The translations under genes were made by a program, and so were the position numbers. A DNA stretch of 64,000 bases from Candidatus Omnitrophota bacterium. Lineage in GTDB: Bacteria; Omnitrophota; Gorgyraeia; Gorgyraeales; Gorgyraeaceae. Location of the stretch: positions 6,038 through 70,037 of the forward strand of contig JBDRJN010000017.1 in assembly GCA_043814965.1 (NCBI GenBank). The letters are read 5' to 3'. The notes under the pieces were generated by a model. It saw nothing but the letters and a program-made list of their open reading frames with translations, searched no databases and was not told where the DNA came from. Positions 20,319 through 29,248 of this stretch are shown here, in pieces; the first letter of the stretch is position 1, and each line of letters begins with the position of its first letter.

Positions 20319-21997
20319 CATATTTACCATTTGCGCGTAAACACCGCCCGCAGGATTTTGATGAAGTAGTAGGACAGGAGCATATCACTACTATCCTCAA
20401 GAACGCCATCTCCATGGACAGGCTTCATCATGCCTATCTATTTGCAGGGCCTCGCGGTATAGGAAAGACCTCTACCGCGCGTATATTAAGCAAAGCCTTA
20501 AATTGTGAAAAAGGCACATCCATAACTCCTTGTAATAAATGTATTTCTTGCAAGGAGATCTCCGAGGGGATAAGTATGGATGTCATAGAGATAGACGGCG
20601 CGTCAAATAGAGGCATAGACGAGATAAGGGACCTCCGGCAGACCGTAAAGTTTGCCCCATCCAAGGGAAAATTCAAGATCTATATCATAGATGAAGTGCA
20701 TATGCTGACCTCGGAGGCATTCAATGCGCTCTTAAAGACGCTTGAAGAGCCGCCTATGCATGTAAAGTTCATATTTGCGACAACCGAGCCTCACAAGCTT
20801 CCCGCAACTATACTTTCAAGATGCCAGAGGTTCGATTTTAGGAGGATACCGCTGAAAGAAATAACCTCAAAACTTAAAGATGTTGCCAGGCAAGAAAATC
20901 TCAACGTTGAAGAAGATGTGTTTTTGTATATTGCAAAGTCTTCTGATGGCAGTATGAGGGATGCTGAAAGCATATTGGACCAGATGTCCTCTTTTTCTAA
21001 AGGAACAATATCCTTAAAAGATGTTATTGAATCCTTAGGCATGATAGATGAAGAGGTATTTTTTAAGGGCACTGATTTTATTATCAATAAAGACACTAAG
21101 AACGCTATATATCTCGTAACAGATATATTTGATTCAGGAAAAGACCCGAAGGTCTTTCTTTTGGGTATGTTGGAACATTTCAGGAACATAATGATCGTTA
21201 AAACAGGCCTTACAAAAGAGGACATGATATGTCTGTCAAAGGATTCTATAGCCAGGGTTGAAGAACAGTCCAGGGCATTTTCTCAAGGGGATATATTCTA
21301 TATAATGAATGTATTGTCTAATAGCCTTGATATGATAAAGCGCCTTCTGCCAGAGAGGATAGTCCTTGAGATGTGCATGATAAAGCTTACCTCAAGGGAT
21401 TCTATTTCTTCCATACAGGAGATACTTGAAAGATTACCAGAAGCTGGTGACGTATCAGACAGTTTTATATCTAATGCGCAGGCTGTTGATCCAAAGCCCC
21501 AGGACTCTTCTAAAGAAACCCTGGCTAAAAAGATCCAGCATAGCGTAAAACAGATGATGACAGCTGATAATAAAGTCATAGAAAGGCCTCATACAAAAGA
21601 TCTGGCATTTGATATAGATAGAGTAAAAAACGCCTGGCCTATCCTGGTAAAGGCTATGGCTGTAAAAAAGATGTCAATATCAAGCTATCTTTCGGAAGGA
21701 CAGCCTGATTCCATAAAAGGGGATACTATAAATATAGCATTTCCCAGAGAGCTTAATTTTCATAGAGAGGTGCTCGAGGAAAAGCAAAATAAAGATGCCA
21801 TAGAAAGCACTCTTTCCCAGATACTTGATTCAGATGTAAAACTTTCTTTTATAGCTACTGACAAGAAGATAGAACCCATCAGAGAAGAAAAACCACCCTC
21901 CTCCATTACAAAGGACGAGCTTAAACAAAAAGAACCTATCATAGACAGCGCGCTGAATATCTTTGGCGGCAAGATACTCAGGATGAGGAACACTTGA
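20315..21997 (+). CDS. dnaX: DNA polymerase III subunit gamma/tau
   Basis: AAA+ clamp-loader motifs (GPRGIGKTS Walker A, IIDEVHML Walker B, zinc module CNKCISC, SRC-like SRCQRF). Confidence 0.9.
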   Translation: MTYLPFARKHRPQDFDEVVGQEHITTILKNAISMDRLHHAYLFAGPRGIGKTSTARILSKALNCEKGTSITPCNKCISCKEISEGISMDVIEIDGASNRGIDEIRDLRQTVKFAPSKGKFKIYIIDEVHMLTSEAFNALLKTLEEPPMHVKFIFATTEPHKLPATILSRCQRFDFRRIPLKEITSKLKDVARQENLNVEEDVFLYIAKSSDGSMRDAESILDQMSSFSKGTISLKDVIESLGMIDEEVFFKGTDFIINKDTKNAIYLVTDIFDSGKDPKVFLLGMLEHFRNIMIVKTGLTKEDMICLSKDSIARVEEQSRAFSQGDIFYIMNVLSNSLDMIKRLLPERIVLEMCMIKLTSRDSISSIQEILERLPEAGDVSDSFISNAQAVDPKPQDSSKETLAKKIQHSVKQMMTADNKVIERPHTKDLAFDIDRVKNAWPILVKAMAVKKMSISSYLSEGQPDSIKGDTINIAFPRELNFHREVLEEKQNKDAIESTLSQILDSDVKLSFIATDKKIEPIREEKPPSSITKDELKQKEPIIDSALNIFGGKILRMRNT

Positions 21998-22596
21998 TGA
22001 GCGCCTATCCCAGGTCAATGCAGGAACTCATAGCTTTTTTTAAGAGGCTTCCCGGTGTTGGCGCAAAAAGCGCAGAACGCTATGCCTTTTATGTGCTTCA
22101 GTCTTCCTCGGAAGATATGCATAAATTCTCGCAAGCTATAGAGAAGGTAAAGGCGCATGTAAAGTTTTGCAAAAAATGCGGGAACCTGAGCGAGAACGAC
22201 CTTTGTTATATATGCAGTGACCCCCGCAGAGACAAAGAAATAGTCTGTGTAGTAGAAAAACCAAAAGACCTTGTCTTGTTAGAAAGACCAGGACATTATA
22301 AGGGCACTTATCACGTGTTATTTGGAGTGATCGCTCCCTTGGATGGCATAGGTCCCGAAGACCTGCGTATAAATGAGCTTATAGAGAGGGTAAAAGAAGA
22401 CAAGGTAAAGGAAGTCATACTTGCTACAAACTCAAATGCTGAAGGTGAGACCACTGTTTTATATATCTCAAAAGAGCTTAAACCATTTAAGACCAAAGTG
22501 ACCAGGATCGCCTATGGGATACCTGTAGGCGAAAATTTTGATTATATAGACCAGGCTACTCTTATAAAAGCTCTTGAGGGCCGCAGGCCGATATAA
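21994..22596 (+). CDS. recR: recombination protein RecR
   Basis: HhH (LPGVGAKSAER), C4 zinc finger (CKKCGN...CYIC) and Toprim domain. Confidence 0.9.
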   Translation: MMSAYPRSMQELIAFFKRLPGVGAKSAERYAFYVLQSSSEDMHKFSQAIEKVKAHVKFCKKCGNLSENDLCYICSDPRRDKEIVCVVEKPKDLVLLERPGHYKGTYHVLFGVIAPLDGIGPEDLRINELIERVKEDKVKEVILATNSNAEGETTVLYISKELKPFKTKVTRIAYGIPVGENFDYIDQATLIKALEGRRPI

Positions 22597-22625
22597 AGAC
22601 AGTATATAGTGGAGGCTGTAATAAC

Positions 22626-22654
22626 TTGACAACCCAGAATTGCTTTTATATAAT
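22626..22654 (+). promoter_or_regulatory. consensus sigma70-type promoter for the por operon (TTGACA-17-TATAAT)
   Basis: TTGACA at 22626-22631, an exact 17-nt spacer, TATAAT at 22649-22654; AGGA RBS precedes porG. Confidence 0.6.
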
Positions 22655-22687
22655 AATAAAGCTTATTGTTTAGAAAGGATCTATGTT

Positions 22688-23257
22688 ATGGCGATGGTAG
22701 AAGTCAGGTGGCATGGTAGAGGCGGACAAGGAGCAAAGACCGCATCCCAGTTTTTAGGGGAAGCAGCGCTTGACACTGGTAAATATATACAGGCTTTTCC
22801 TGAATACGGGCCTGAAAGAGCAGGCGCTCCGATGAAAGCTTTTACCCGCATAAGCGAAGAACCTATATATTTACATAGTTCTGTTACTAACCCTGATATT
22901 GTAGTAGTCATAGATCCTACTCTTTTGGGAGCTATTGATGCGACAGAAGGCCTGGGCGATAAAGGGATCCTTTTGGTAAATACAGAAAAATCCCCGCAAG
23001 ATATAAGGAAAGAGCTAAATTTTACCAAAGGAAAGGTCGGCACAGTAGATGCTACGAAAATATCGCTTGAGACACTGGGCCAACCTATGCCCAATATGCC
23101 TATGCTCGGGACATTGCTTAAAATAAATTCTATTGTATCCATAGATGAACTTACGGAGAGAGTAAAAGCAAAATTCTTAAAGAAAATAGGCGAAGAAAAG
23201 ACAAATGCCAATATTGCCGGGATAAAAAGAGCGTATAGCGAAGTAAAGATAGGATAA
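22688..23257 (+). CDS. porG: pyruvate:ferredoxin oxidoreductase gamma subunit
   Basis: RGGQGAKTAS motif; start set at the Met at 22688 downstream of the promoter and RBS. Confidence 0.85.
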   Translation: MAMVEVRWHGRGGQGAKTASQFLGEAALDTGKYIQAFPEYGPERAGAPMKAFTRISEEPIYLHSSVTNPDIVVVIDPTLLGAIDATEGLGDKGILLVNTEKSPQDIRKELNFTKGKVGTVDATKISLETLGQPMPNMPMLGTLLKINSIVSIDELTERVKAKFLKKIGEEKTNANIAGIKRAYSEVKIG

Positions 23258-23259
23258 AT

Positions 23260-23547
23260 ATGGTAGAAAAAAATAAAACCTGGAAAGAAATACCGATCGG
23301 CGGAAAGATCATAGAAGCAGGCAATGCTGCTACCTATAATACAGGCAGCTGGAGGACATTTAGGCCAGAAAAAAATGATAAAAAATGTATAAATTGCCTT
23401 CAATGCTGGATGTTTTGCCCTGATTCTTCCATAAAAGTAGAAGACGGGAAACAAGTCGGTTTTGATTATGACCACTGCAAGGGCTGCGGCATATGCGCTG
23501 CAGTTTGCCCTGTTAAATGTATTGATATGAAAAAGGAAGTTAAATAA
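23260..23547 (+). CDS. porD: pyruvate:ferredoxin oxidoreductase delta subunit (2x[4Fe-4S] ferredoxin)
   Basis: Two CxxCxxCxxxCP clusters. Confidence 0.85.
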   Translation: MVEKNKTWKEIPIGGKIIEAGNAATYNTGSWRTFRPEKNDKKCINCLQCWMFCPDSSIKVEDGKQVGFDYDHCKGCGICAAVCPVKCIDMKKEVK

Positions 23548-23560
23548 AGGTTGTAAAAAT

Positions 23561-24742
23561 ATGGGTAAAAAAGTACCATTCAATGGAAATCAGGCTATTG
23601 CTTATGCAATGAAGCAGATAGATCCTGATGTAGTAGCAGCTTATCCTATTACGCCTCAGACTGAGATCGTAATGGAATTCTCAAATTATGTTGCAAATGG
23701 GCAAGTTTCTACGGAATTGATCCCTGTTGAGTCAGAACATAGCGCAATGAGCGCATGTGTCGGAGCAGCTGCAGCGGGCGCTCGCACCATGACAGCGACT
23801 TCTGCGAATGGTCTTGCGCTTATGTGGGAGATAGTCTATATTGCTGCGTCAACCAGGCTTCCTATAGTGATGCCTGTTGCAAATAGAGCGCTTTCAGGGC
23901 CTATAAATATACATTGTGACCATTCTGATACTATGGGCGCTAGAGATTCAGGCTGGATACAGATCTATTGTGAGAATGGCCAGGAAGCTTACGAGACTAC
24001 TATGCTTGCAGTAAGGATAGCAGAGCATAAAAAAATACTTCTTCCTGTTATGGTCTGCCAGGATGGTTTTATTACTTCTCACGCAGTAGAGGGGATTGAG
24101 CTCTTTGATGATAAATTGGTAAAAAGTTTTGTGGGAGAATACAAACCTGAAAATCCATTACTGGATGTGGATAATCCTGTAACATATGGGCCATTGGACC
24201 TGCAGGATTATTATTTTGAGCATAAAAGGCAGCAGTCAGAAGCAATGAGAGGCTCTTTTGAATATATCCAGGAAATATATAGAGAATTCGAGAAAACTTT
24301 TGGAAAAAAACATGATTTTCTTGAAAGTTACAAATTGGATGATGCGGAAATCGCTATAGTAGCTTTATCGTCCACTGCAGGGACTACGAAATTTGTAGTG
24401 GATGAATTAAGAAAGAACGGCTTGAAGGTAGGGCTTTTAAGGCCCAGGGTCTTTAGGCCTTTTCCGAGAAAACGCATTATAGATGCTTTAAAAAACGTGA
24501 AAGCTGTAGCTATTCTTGACAGGAGCGAATCTTTTTCTGCAGAAGGCGGGCCTTTATATACTGAGGTGAAAGCCGCTCTTTACGATTCAAATACAAAACC
24601 TTTTGTAACGAACTATATATATGGCCTTGGCGGAAGAGATATATTTCCAGCTGATATAAAGAAGGTATACACTAATCTACAAAATATAGTAAAGAAAAAT
24701 AAAATAGAGAACCAGATAAATTACCTGGGTTCAAGGGAATAA
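23561..24742 (+). CDS. porA: pyruvate:ferredoxin oxidoreductase alpha subunit
   Basis: POR_N / transketolase-C-like pattern; gene order gamma-delta-alpha-beta. Confidence 0.9.
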   Translation: MGKKVPFNGNQAIAYAMKQIDPDVVAAYPITPQTEIVMEFSNYVANGQVSTELIPVESEHSAMSACVGAAAAGARTMTATSANGLALMWEIVYIAASTRLPIVMPVANRALSGPINIHCDHSDTMGARDSGWIQIYCENGQEAYETTMLAVRIAEHKKILLPVMVCQDGFITSHAVEGIELFDDKLVKSFVGEYKPENPLLDVDNPVTYGPLDLQDYYFEHKRQQSEAMRGSFEYIQEIYREFEKTFGKKHDFLESYKLDDAEIAIVALSSTAGTTKFVVDELRKNGLKVGLLRPRVFRPFPRKRIIDALKNVKAVAILDRSESFSAEGGPLYTEVKAALYDSNTKPFVTNYIYGLGGRDIFPADIKKVYTNLQNIVKKNKIENQINYLGSRE

Positions 24743-24743
24743 T

Positions 24744-26783
24744 ATGGCAAATATAAAAGAACTTGCAAAAATACCAGAACGTTTGTCAGGCGGCCACAGG
24801 CTCTGCGCAGGATGTGGCGCTTCTATAGTAGTGAGACAAGTTTTGATGGGTACAAAAGACTACGTAGTGGCTGGTTCAGCCACAGGCTGCCTGGAAGTAG
24901 CAACAACTATATATCCATATACAGCATGGAAGATACCTTTTATACATAATGCTTTTGAAAATTCCGCAGCTACTATGAGCGGAGTAGAGACAGCTTATAG
25001 GGCGTTAAAGAAAAAAGGCAAGATCACAAAAGAGATAAAGTTTGTTGCATTTGGCGGCGATGGCGGGACCTATGATATAGGGCTTCAGTCGCTTTCAGGC
25101 GCGCTCGAAAGAGGCCATAAGTTCGTATATGTATGCTACAACAACGAAGCTTATATGAATTGCTTAAGCCTTTCTTCTATGATTATGACAGAGTCAGGGC
25201 TTAAAAAGATAACAGAAGTAAAGACAGGAGATATGGTCTATGCTTTTGATCAAAAGACGCACAAATTAGCCTTAAAAAAATGCTCGGGTGTTTTTGATAA
25301 TGGAGTAAAAGATGTATATGAACTTTCTACCCTTCACCATTCCATAAAGGCCACTTCTAACCATCCGTTTTTGGTTTTAAAAAGAAATGGTATAGGCAAA
25401 ACCAGCCAGCTTGTGTGGAAGAAACTGGAAGAAATGAAAGCTGGAGATGAAATAGTGGCATTGAAGGGCATGAACGGTTATTCTAAGTCTATGATGTTTG
25501 ATTTTTCAAAAGTAAAAAAAGGCGACTACAAGGTAAATAGGCTGAATGATATCAATATTCCCAAATCCTCCAGTAAGGAGCTTATGAAGTACTTGGGGCT
25601 CTATATAGGCGATGGGTGGATAAGAGAGAAAAGGGGCGAGGTTGGTTTTGCTCTTCCTGAAAAGACAGTTGGCAGAAGAGAACTTATAAAAATCCATGCA
25701 GAGGTGTTCGGAAGTAAGTTAAATGCTTCAGACAAGGTCTATATATATGCTAATTCCGTAAATCTGGGGAATTTTATAAAGAGCTTGGGAGTCGGTATAG
25801 GCGCCAAAAATAAGACTATTCCCGGATGGGCGTTTACTTTACCCTTAGAAGAGAAGCAAGCTCTTGTAGAAGGCCTGATGCTTTCAGACGGGTATAAATG
25901 CGGGAATAGCTGGAGATATGTATCGGTGAGCGAAGATTTACTTAAAAGTTTAAGGCTCTTTTTGCAGACAATGGGAAAAAGAGTAGGCAAAATCCATTGG
26001 CAGACGAAGAAAAAAGGCATGGTCTGCGTAAGCAGGAAACTCTTAAAAGATTCAAAATATGGCTATATTTGTTTTAGCGATAGAGAAAAATGGAATACAA
26101 AGAAATATCCTGACCAGTATAAATATCAGAATTTTTTGATGGGCAATGAATATTTTGAGATGGAAAAGGTAAGAAGCATAAAGTTGATAGGCAAAGAACC
26201 AACACTGGATCTAAGGGTAGAAGGAGAGCATAATTTTATAGCTGATGGAATAGTGGTGCACAATACAGGCATTCAGCGTTCAGGAGCTACTCCTAAAGGT
26301 GCTTCTACGACTACAGCTCCTGCTGGTAAAGTAAGCATAGGCAAGGTTCAATTTAGAAAAGACCTTACTTCAATAGTTGCTGCACATAGAATTCCTTATA
26401 TAGCACAGGCTTCAGCATCTCACTGGAATGACCTGGTGACAAAAGCTGAAAAAGCGTTTAAAGCAGACGGCCCAGCATTCTTAAACATAATATCAATGTG
26501 CCATAGGGGCTGGAGATTCCCGCAGGAAGATACTATAGCTGTATCAAAGCTTGCAGTAGAGACAGGCTATTGGCCATTAATAGAAGTCGAGAACGGGATC
26601 TGGAAATTCACCTATAAACCTAAAGAAAGGAAGCCTGTCATTGAATTCCTAAAAATTCAAGGCAGATTTAAACATCTATTTAAAGAAGAAAATAAGCATA
26701 TCCTGGACGAAATCCAAAAAGAAGTTGATGATAATTATGCTCGCTTGGAAAGAATGTGCGAAGCGAGTTGTAAAGTTGCGTAA
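24744..26783 (+). CDS. porB: pyruvate:ferredoxin oxidoreductase beta subunit (TPP-binding) interrupted in frame by a 368-aa intein
   Basis: CxxC...C cluster and GDG...NN TPP motif. The extein sequence YNNEAYMN|TGIQRSG is split by a Cys-start/His-Asn-end insert; without the insert the protein is 311 aa. Confidence 0.85.
   Translation: MANIKELAKIPERLSGGHRLCAGCGASIVVRQVLMGTKDYVVAGSATGCLEVATTIYPYTAWKIPFIHNAFENSAATMSGVETAYRALKKKGKITKEIKFVAFGGDGGTYDIGLQSLSGALERGHKFVYVCYNNEAYMNCLSLSSMIMTESGLKKITEVKTGDMVYAFDQKTHKLALKKCSGVFDNGVKDVYELSTLHHSIKATSNHPFLVLKRNGIGKTSQLVWKKLEEMKAGDEIVALKGMNGYSKSMMFDFSKVKKGDYKVNRLNDINIPKSSSKELMKYLGLYIGDGWIREKRGEVGFALPEKTVGRRELIKIHAEVFGSKLNASDKVYIYANSVNLGNFIKSLGVGIGAKNKTIPGWAFTLPLEEKQALVEGLMLSDGYKCGNSWRYVSVSEDLLKSLRLFLQTMGKRVGKIHWQTKKKGMVCVSRKLLKDSKYGYICFSDREKWNTKKYPDQYKYQNFLMGNEYFEMEKVRSIKLIGKEPTLDLRVEGEHNFIADGIVVHNTGIQRSGATPKGASTTTAPAGKVSIGKVQFRKDLTSIVAAHRIPYIAQASASHWNDLVTKAEKAFKADGPAFLNIISMCHRGWRFPQEDTIAVSKLAVETGYWPLIEVENGIWKFTYKPKERKPVIEFLKIQGRFKHLFKEENKHILDEIQKEVDDNYARLERMCEASCKVA
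25161..26264 (+). mobile_element. intein with LAGLIDADG homing-endonuclease domain inside PorB
   Basis: Begins CLSLSS (block A), contains TSNHPF (block B TxxH) and two LAGLIDADG motifs ([22 protein letters not shown]), ends [16 protein letters not shown] with +1 Thr. Confidence 0.8.
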
Positions 26784-26787
26784 TATA

Positions 26788-26824
26788 GTTTAAAAGTTTA
26801 AAGGTCTAAAAGCCTAAAAGTTTT
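26788..26824. repeat. left imperfect inverted repeat flanking the four-helix-bundle gene
   Basis: GTTTAAAAGTTTAAAGGTCTAAAAGCCTAAAAGTTTT; its partner at 27208-27245 is the reverse complement with few changes. Confidence 0.6.
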
Positions 26825-27193
26825 ATGACCGATGACAAAGATTTTAGTTTTGAAAGATTAGAAGTATATAAAAAAGCGATCAGTTTTATAAATTCAGTTT
26901 TTAGCCTTTGTAATAAAATTCCTTATAAATTACAGAGCTCTCTTGGTGACCAGATGAGAAGAGCTTCTTTATCTATAGCAAATAATATTGCCGAAGGCAG
27001 TGACAAAAGGTTTCCTAAGGATAAAAAAAGATTTTACGATCATTCGCTTGATTCAGCCAGAGAATGCATTCCTATGTTTACAGTTTGTCTGAATCAGGGT
27101 ATAATTACAAGTAATATACATGATAAATTGAGAGACGAATGTATCGTGATCTGTAAGATGTTAAGACGTTTGATACAATCAGTCCCAGAATAA
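26825..27193 (+). CDS. four-helix-bundle protein (family encoded in 23S rRNA intervening sequences, TIGR02436/PF05635-like)
   Basis: Characteristic ..YKKAISF...LGDQMRRASLSIANNIAEG....DHSLDSARECI.. pattern. Confidence 0.7.
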   Translation: MTDDKDFSFERLEVYKKAISFINSVFSLCNKIPYKLQSSLGDQMRRASLSIANNIAEGSDKRFPKDKKRFYDHSLDSARECIPMFTVCLNQGIITSNIHDKLRDECIVICKMLRRLIQSVPE

Positions 27194-27207
27194 TTTTTGT
27201 TCTTTAT

Positions 27208-27245
27208 AACTTTTAAACTTTAAACTTTTAGACTTTTAAACTAAA
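27208..27245. repeat. right imperfect inverted repeat flanking the four-helix-bundle gene
   Basis: AACTTTTAAACTTTAAACTTTTAGACTTTTAAACTAAA. Confidence 0.6.
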
Positions 27246-27250
27246 TACAC

Positions 27251-27552
27251 TCCCCTGTAGCTCAGCTGGTAGAGCGCGTGGCTGTTGAGCGGCGAAGCGA
27301 GCGCAAAACGTTTCGCACAAAGTTAGCAGCCTCTAATGGAAACATTAGAGTGGGAAAGCGGGTAAATTCAGGGAAAGCCTATAGAGTAGGTCAATCCTGA
27401 GCCAAGTCCGCCTAGGCGGAAAGGTGCAGAGACTAGACACTCGCTGCCTAAAGCTGGAAACAGCTATGGCAAAGGTATAGTCCGACTCTCCGAGTAATCG
27501 GAGTCAGATCGTAACCACGTTGTCCGAGGTTCGAGTCCTCGCGGGGGAGCCA
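27251..27552 (+). tRNA. tRNA-Asn (anticodon GTT) interrupted by a group I intron in the anticodon loop
   Basis: Exon 1 is 27251-27285 (acceptor TCCCCTG, D-arm GCTCAGCTGGTAGAGC, anticodon stem CGTGG, loop CTGT) and exon 2 is 27512-27552 (TAA, CCACG, T-arm CGAGG/CCTCG, acceptor CGGGGGA, G, CCA). The spliced anticodon loop CTGTTAA equals the E. coli tRNA-Asn loop. Confidence 0.75.
27286..27511 (+). ncRNA. group I self-splicing intron (226 nt) in tRNA-Asn
   Basis: Matches to all four conserved core elements: P AAATTCAGGGAAAGCC, Q AATCCTGAGCC, R GTGCAGAGACTAGACA, S AAGGTATAGTCC. The 5' exon ends in U and the intron ends in G. Confidence 0.75.
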
Positions 27553-27681
27553 ATCGAATGAAAGCCCTTTTTCGGAGATAATGGAAAAGGGCTTTCTTGT
27601 TGCTAGACATAGGGTTCAGTCTTTTAAAATAAAGTTCGAGCCGAGAATTTTCAAAATTTCTCTTTTAAGAGAGAGGTTTCC
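27553..27681. repeat. X element, copy 1, immediately 3' of the tRNA-Asn CCA; it contains the last ~22 codons of the recombinase gene
   Basis: Its reverse complement recurs at 29120-29248 with about 95% identity, and a same-strand variant recurs at 40614-40680. Confidence 0.8.
27561..27595. terminator. bidirectional hairpin terminator between tRNA-Asn and the convergent recombinase gene
   Basis: AAAGCCCTTTTTC-loop-GAAAAGGGCTTT stem. Confidence 0.5.
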
Positions 27682-27848
27682 TTGCCAAGCAATAGAACCT
27701 GCTTGATTACAAGTAGTTATGAAGTTTTTGGAGGGTTCGAGCCATCCGCCGCTTGTTTGATCTATCTCGCCAAGCCGCTCTTGTAATTCCTTCTTATCGT
27801 TAAGTAGCTTAGCTTTCTTTTTCTGATATTCTTCCTGCGAGATTTCTT
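27610..27848. repeat. ~240-bp direct repeat, copy A (X element plus 3' coding end of the recombinase gene)
   Basis: About 90% identical to 40614-40850, in the same orientation. Confidence 0.8.
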
Positions 27849-28986
27849 TAGAGATATAAAGATCAATAAGGCGTTCAATCTTAATGTCAAATTCCTTTAA
27901 CTTGTCATGGGCTTGGCGAGATAGAGAAGAGGAGGCTTTGCTTTCTCCGTTGGATAACTCGCCCAATCTATTCATCATTTTATCTTTAGTTTCATTATCT
28001 ATAAAAATTTTAAGGATAGCTTTATTTATCTGCGAAAGCAAAGCCTCTTCTCTAAGAAACTTTTGCGAGCATTTGACTATCTTCTTAGTGCATCGGTAAT
28101 AGGTATGGCCTTTATGAATCTCTGCTGTGATATACGCTCCACACTCGCCGCACTTAATAAGGCCTGTAAAAGCAAACTTAATCGCGCCTTTTTTGATAGG
28201 CTTAGCCTTTCGCTTCAAAACTTCCTGGACAGTATCAAAAAGTTTCTTAGAGACAAGCGGCGGGTGATTTGCTTCAAAAAGTTCGCCCTTAAATCTCATA
28301 ACTCCATAATAAAAAGGATTTCGTAAGATTGATGCGAGCGAACTTTTTCGGACAGGCTTGCCTGCCTTGCCTAAAATGCCCCATCTATGAATTTCTCTAA
28401 GTAGCTCCTCAAGCGAATAGTTGCCTCCTGCATATAACTCAAACATCTTTCGGACGAATGGCGCTTTCTCTGGGTCAGGCAAGATAGAGTGATCCTTAAA
28501 GTCATTGATATACCCAAGCGGAGCCCATCCAGGCCATTCGCCTCGGCGTAGTTTCTCACGTAATCCACGCTTCACATTTTCAGAAAGATTATCTATGTAG
28601 TATTTACTCTGCCCGAATGCGATAGAGAGCATAAACTTACCTTGAGCAGAGTTATCAAAGCGATATGTAGGGAATCTTAAGTCTATGATCTTACCAGTAT
28701 CTACGAGATAGATAATCTTTCCGCCGTCTATACTATTGCGGGCAAGCCTGTCCGGGTGCCATGCCAAAATTCCCTCGGCAATATTAGCTTCTATTTGCTT
28801 AAGCATGAAAGAGAAGATAGGCCGTCCCGGCTCTTTAGCTGTCTTAGCTTCAGTAAACTCATCAACTATCTCTAAAGACTCTTTTTTTGCGAATTCCCGC
28901 AACTCATTTATTTGCGATTCAATAGATAAGACTTGCCTATCTTCTTCATCCGTAGATTTCCTGGCGTATAAGTAGAATTTTGGCAT
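27616..28986 (-). CDS. large serine recombinase (resolvase/invertase catalytic domain, recombinase domain, zinc ribbon, coiled coil)
   Basis: N-terminal YARKSTDEED...SIESQ catalytic serine motif, central recombinase domain, CGECG...YYRC zinc ribbon, coiled-coil C-terminus. Confidence 0.85.
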   Translation of the reverse strand: MPKFYLYARKSTDEEDRQVLSIESQINELREFAKKESLEIVDEFTEAKTAKEPGRPIFSFMLKQIEANIAEGILAWHPDRLARNSIDGGKIIYLVDTGKIIDLRFPTYRFDNSAQGKFMLSIAFGQSKYYIDNLSENVKRGLREKLRRGEWPGWAPLGYINDFKDHSILPDPEKAPFVRKMFELYAGGNYSLEELLREIHRWGILGKAGKPVRKSSLASILRNPFYYGVMRFKGELFEANHPPLVSKKLFDTVQEVLKRKAKPIKKGAIKFAFTGLIKCGECGAYITAEIHKGHTYYRCTKKIVKCSQKFLREEALLSQINKAILKIFIDNETKDKMMNRLGELSNGESKASSSLSRQAHDKLKEFDIKIERLIDLYISKEISQEEYQKKKAKLLNDKKELQERLGEIDQTSGGWLEPSKNFITTCNQAGSIAWQGNLSLKREILKILGSNFILKD

Positions 28987-29119
28987 GGCATTAACCCTCC
29001 AAAAACTTTCTGTTGTCCCTCGGCTACGCTCGGGACTCCTTTCAGTCGCTTGGCAAAGTAAATTTTTTTGAGATCCATATAAATCTCAAAAATATTTCCT
29101 TATTCGCCGTAGGCGAAAA

Positions 29120-29248
29120 GGAAACCTCTCTCTTAAAAGAGATTTTTTAAAAATTCTCGGCTCGAACTTTATTTTAAAAGACCGAACCCTATGTCTAGCA
29201 ACAAGAAAGCCCTTTTCCATTATCTCCGAAAAAGGGCTTTCATTCGAT
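29120..29248. repeat. X element, copy 2, inverted, upstream of the recombinase start
   Basis: Reverse complement of 27553-27681. Confidence 0.8.

Noticed and set aside
20315-21997. Programmed -1 frameshift site in dnaX (A AAA AAG-type)
   Set aside because: No A AAA AAG heptamer with a downstream hairpin was found. Only AAAAAAC and AAAAAGA runs exist, without a stop in the -1 frame at a suitable distance.
22681-23583. 300-aa minus-strand ORF
   Set aside because: It is antisense to porG and porD, which have unambiguous family motifs. It is low-complexity and Phe/Ile-rich, typical of reverse strand in an AT-rich genome. The same reasoning applies to the other antisense ORFs in the track (e.g. 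9885-10541, 18001-18555, 42406-42801).
27251-27552. Alternative reading of the interrupted tRNA-Asn as a tRNA split by an integrated element
   Set aside because: The insert is only 226 nt and carries the P/Q/R/S core of group I introns. Both exons are adjacent, and splicing restores a canonical tRNA.
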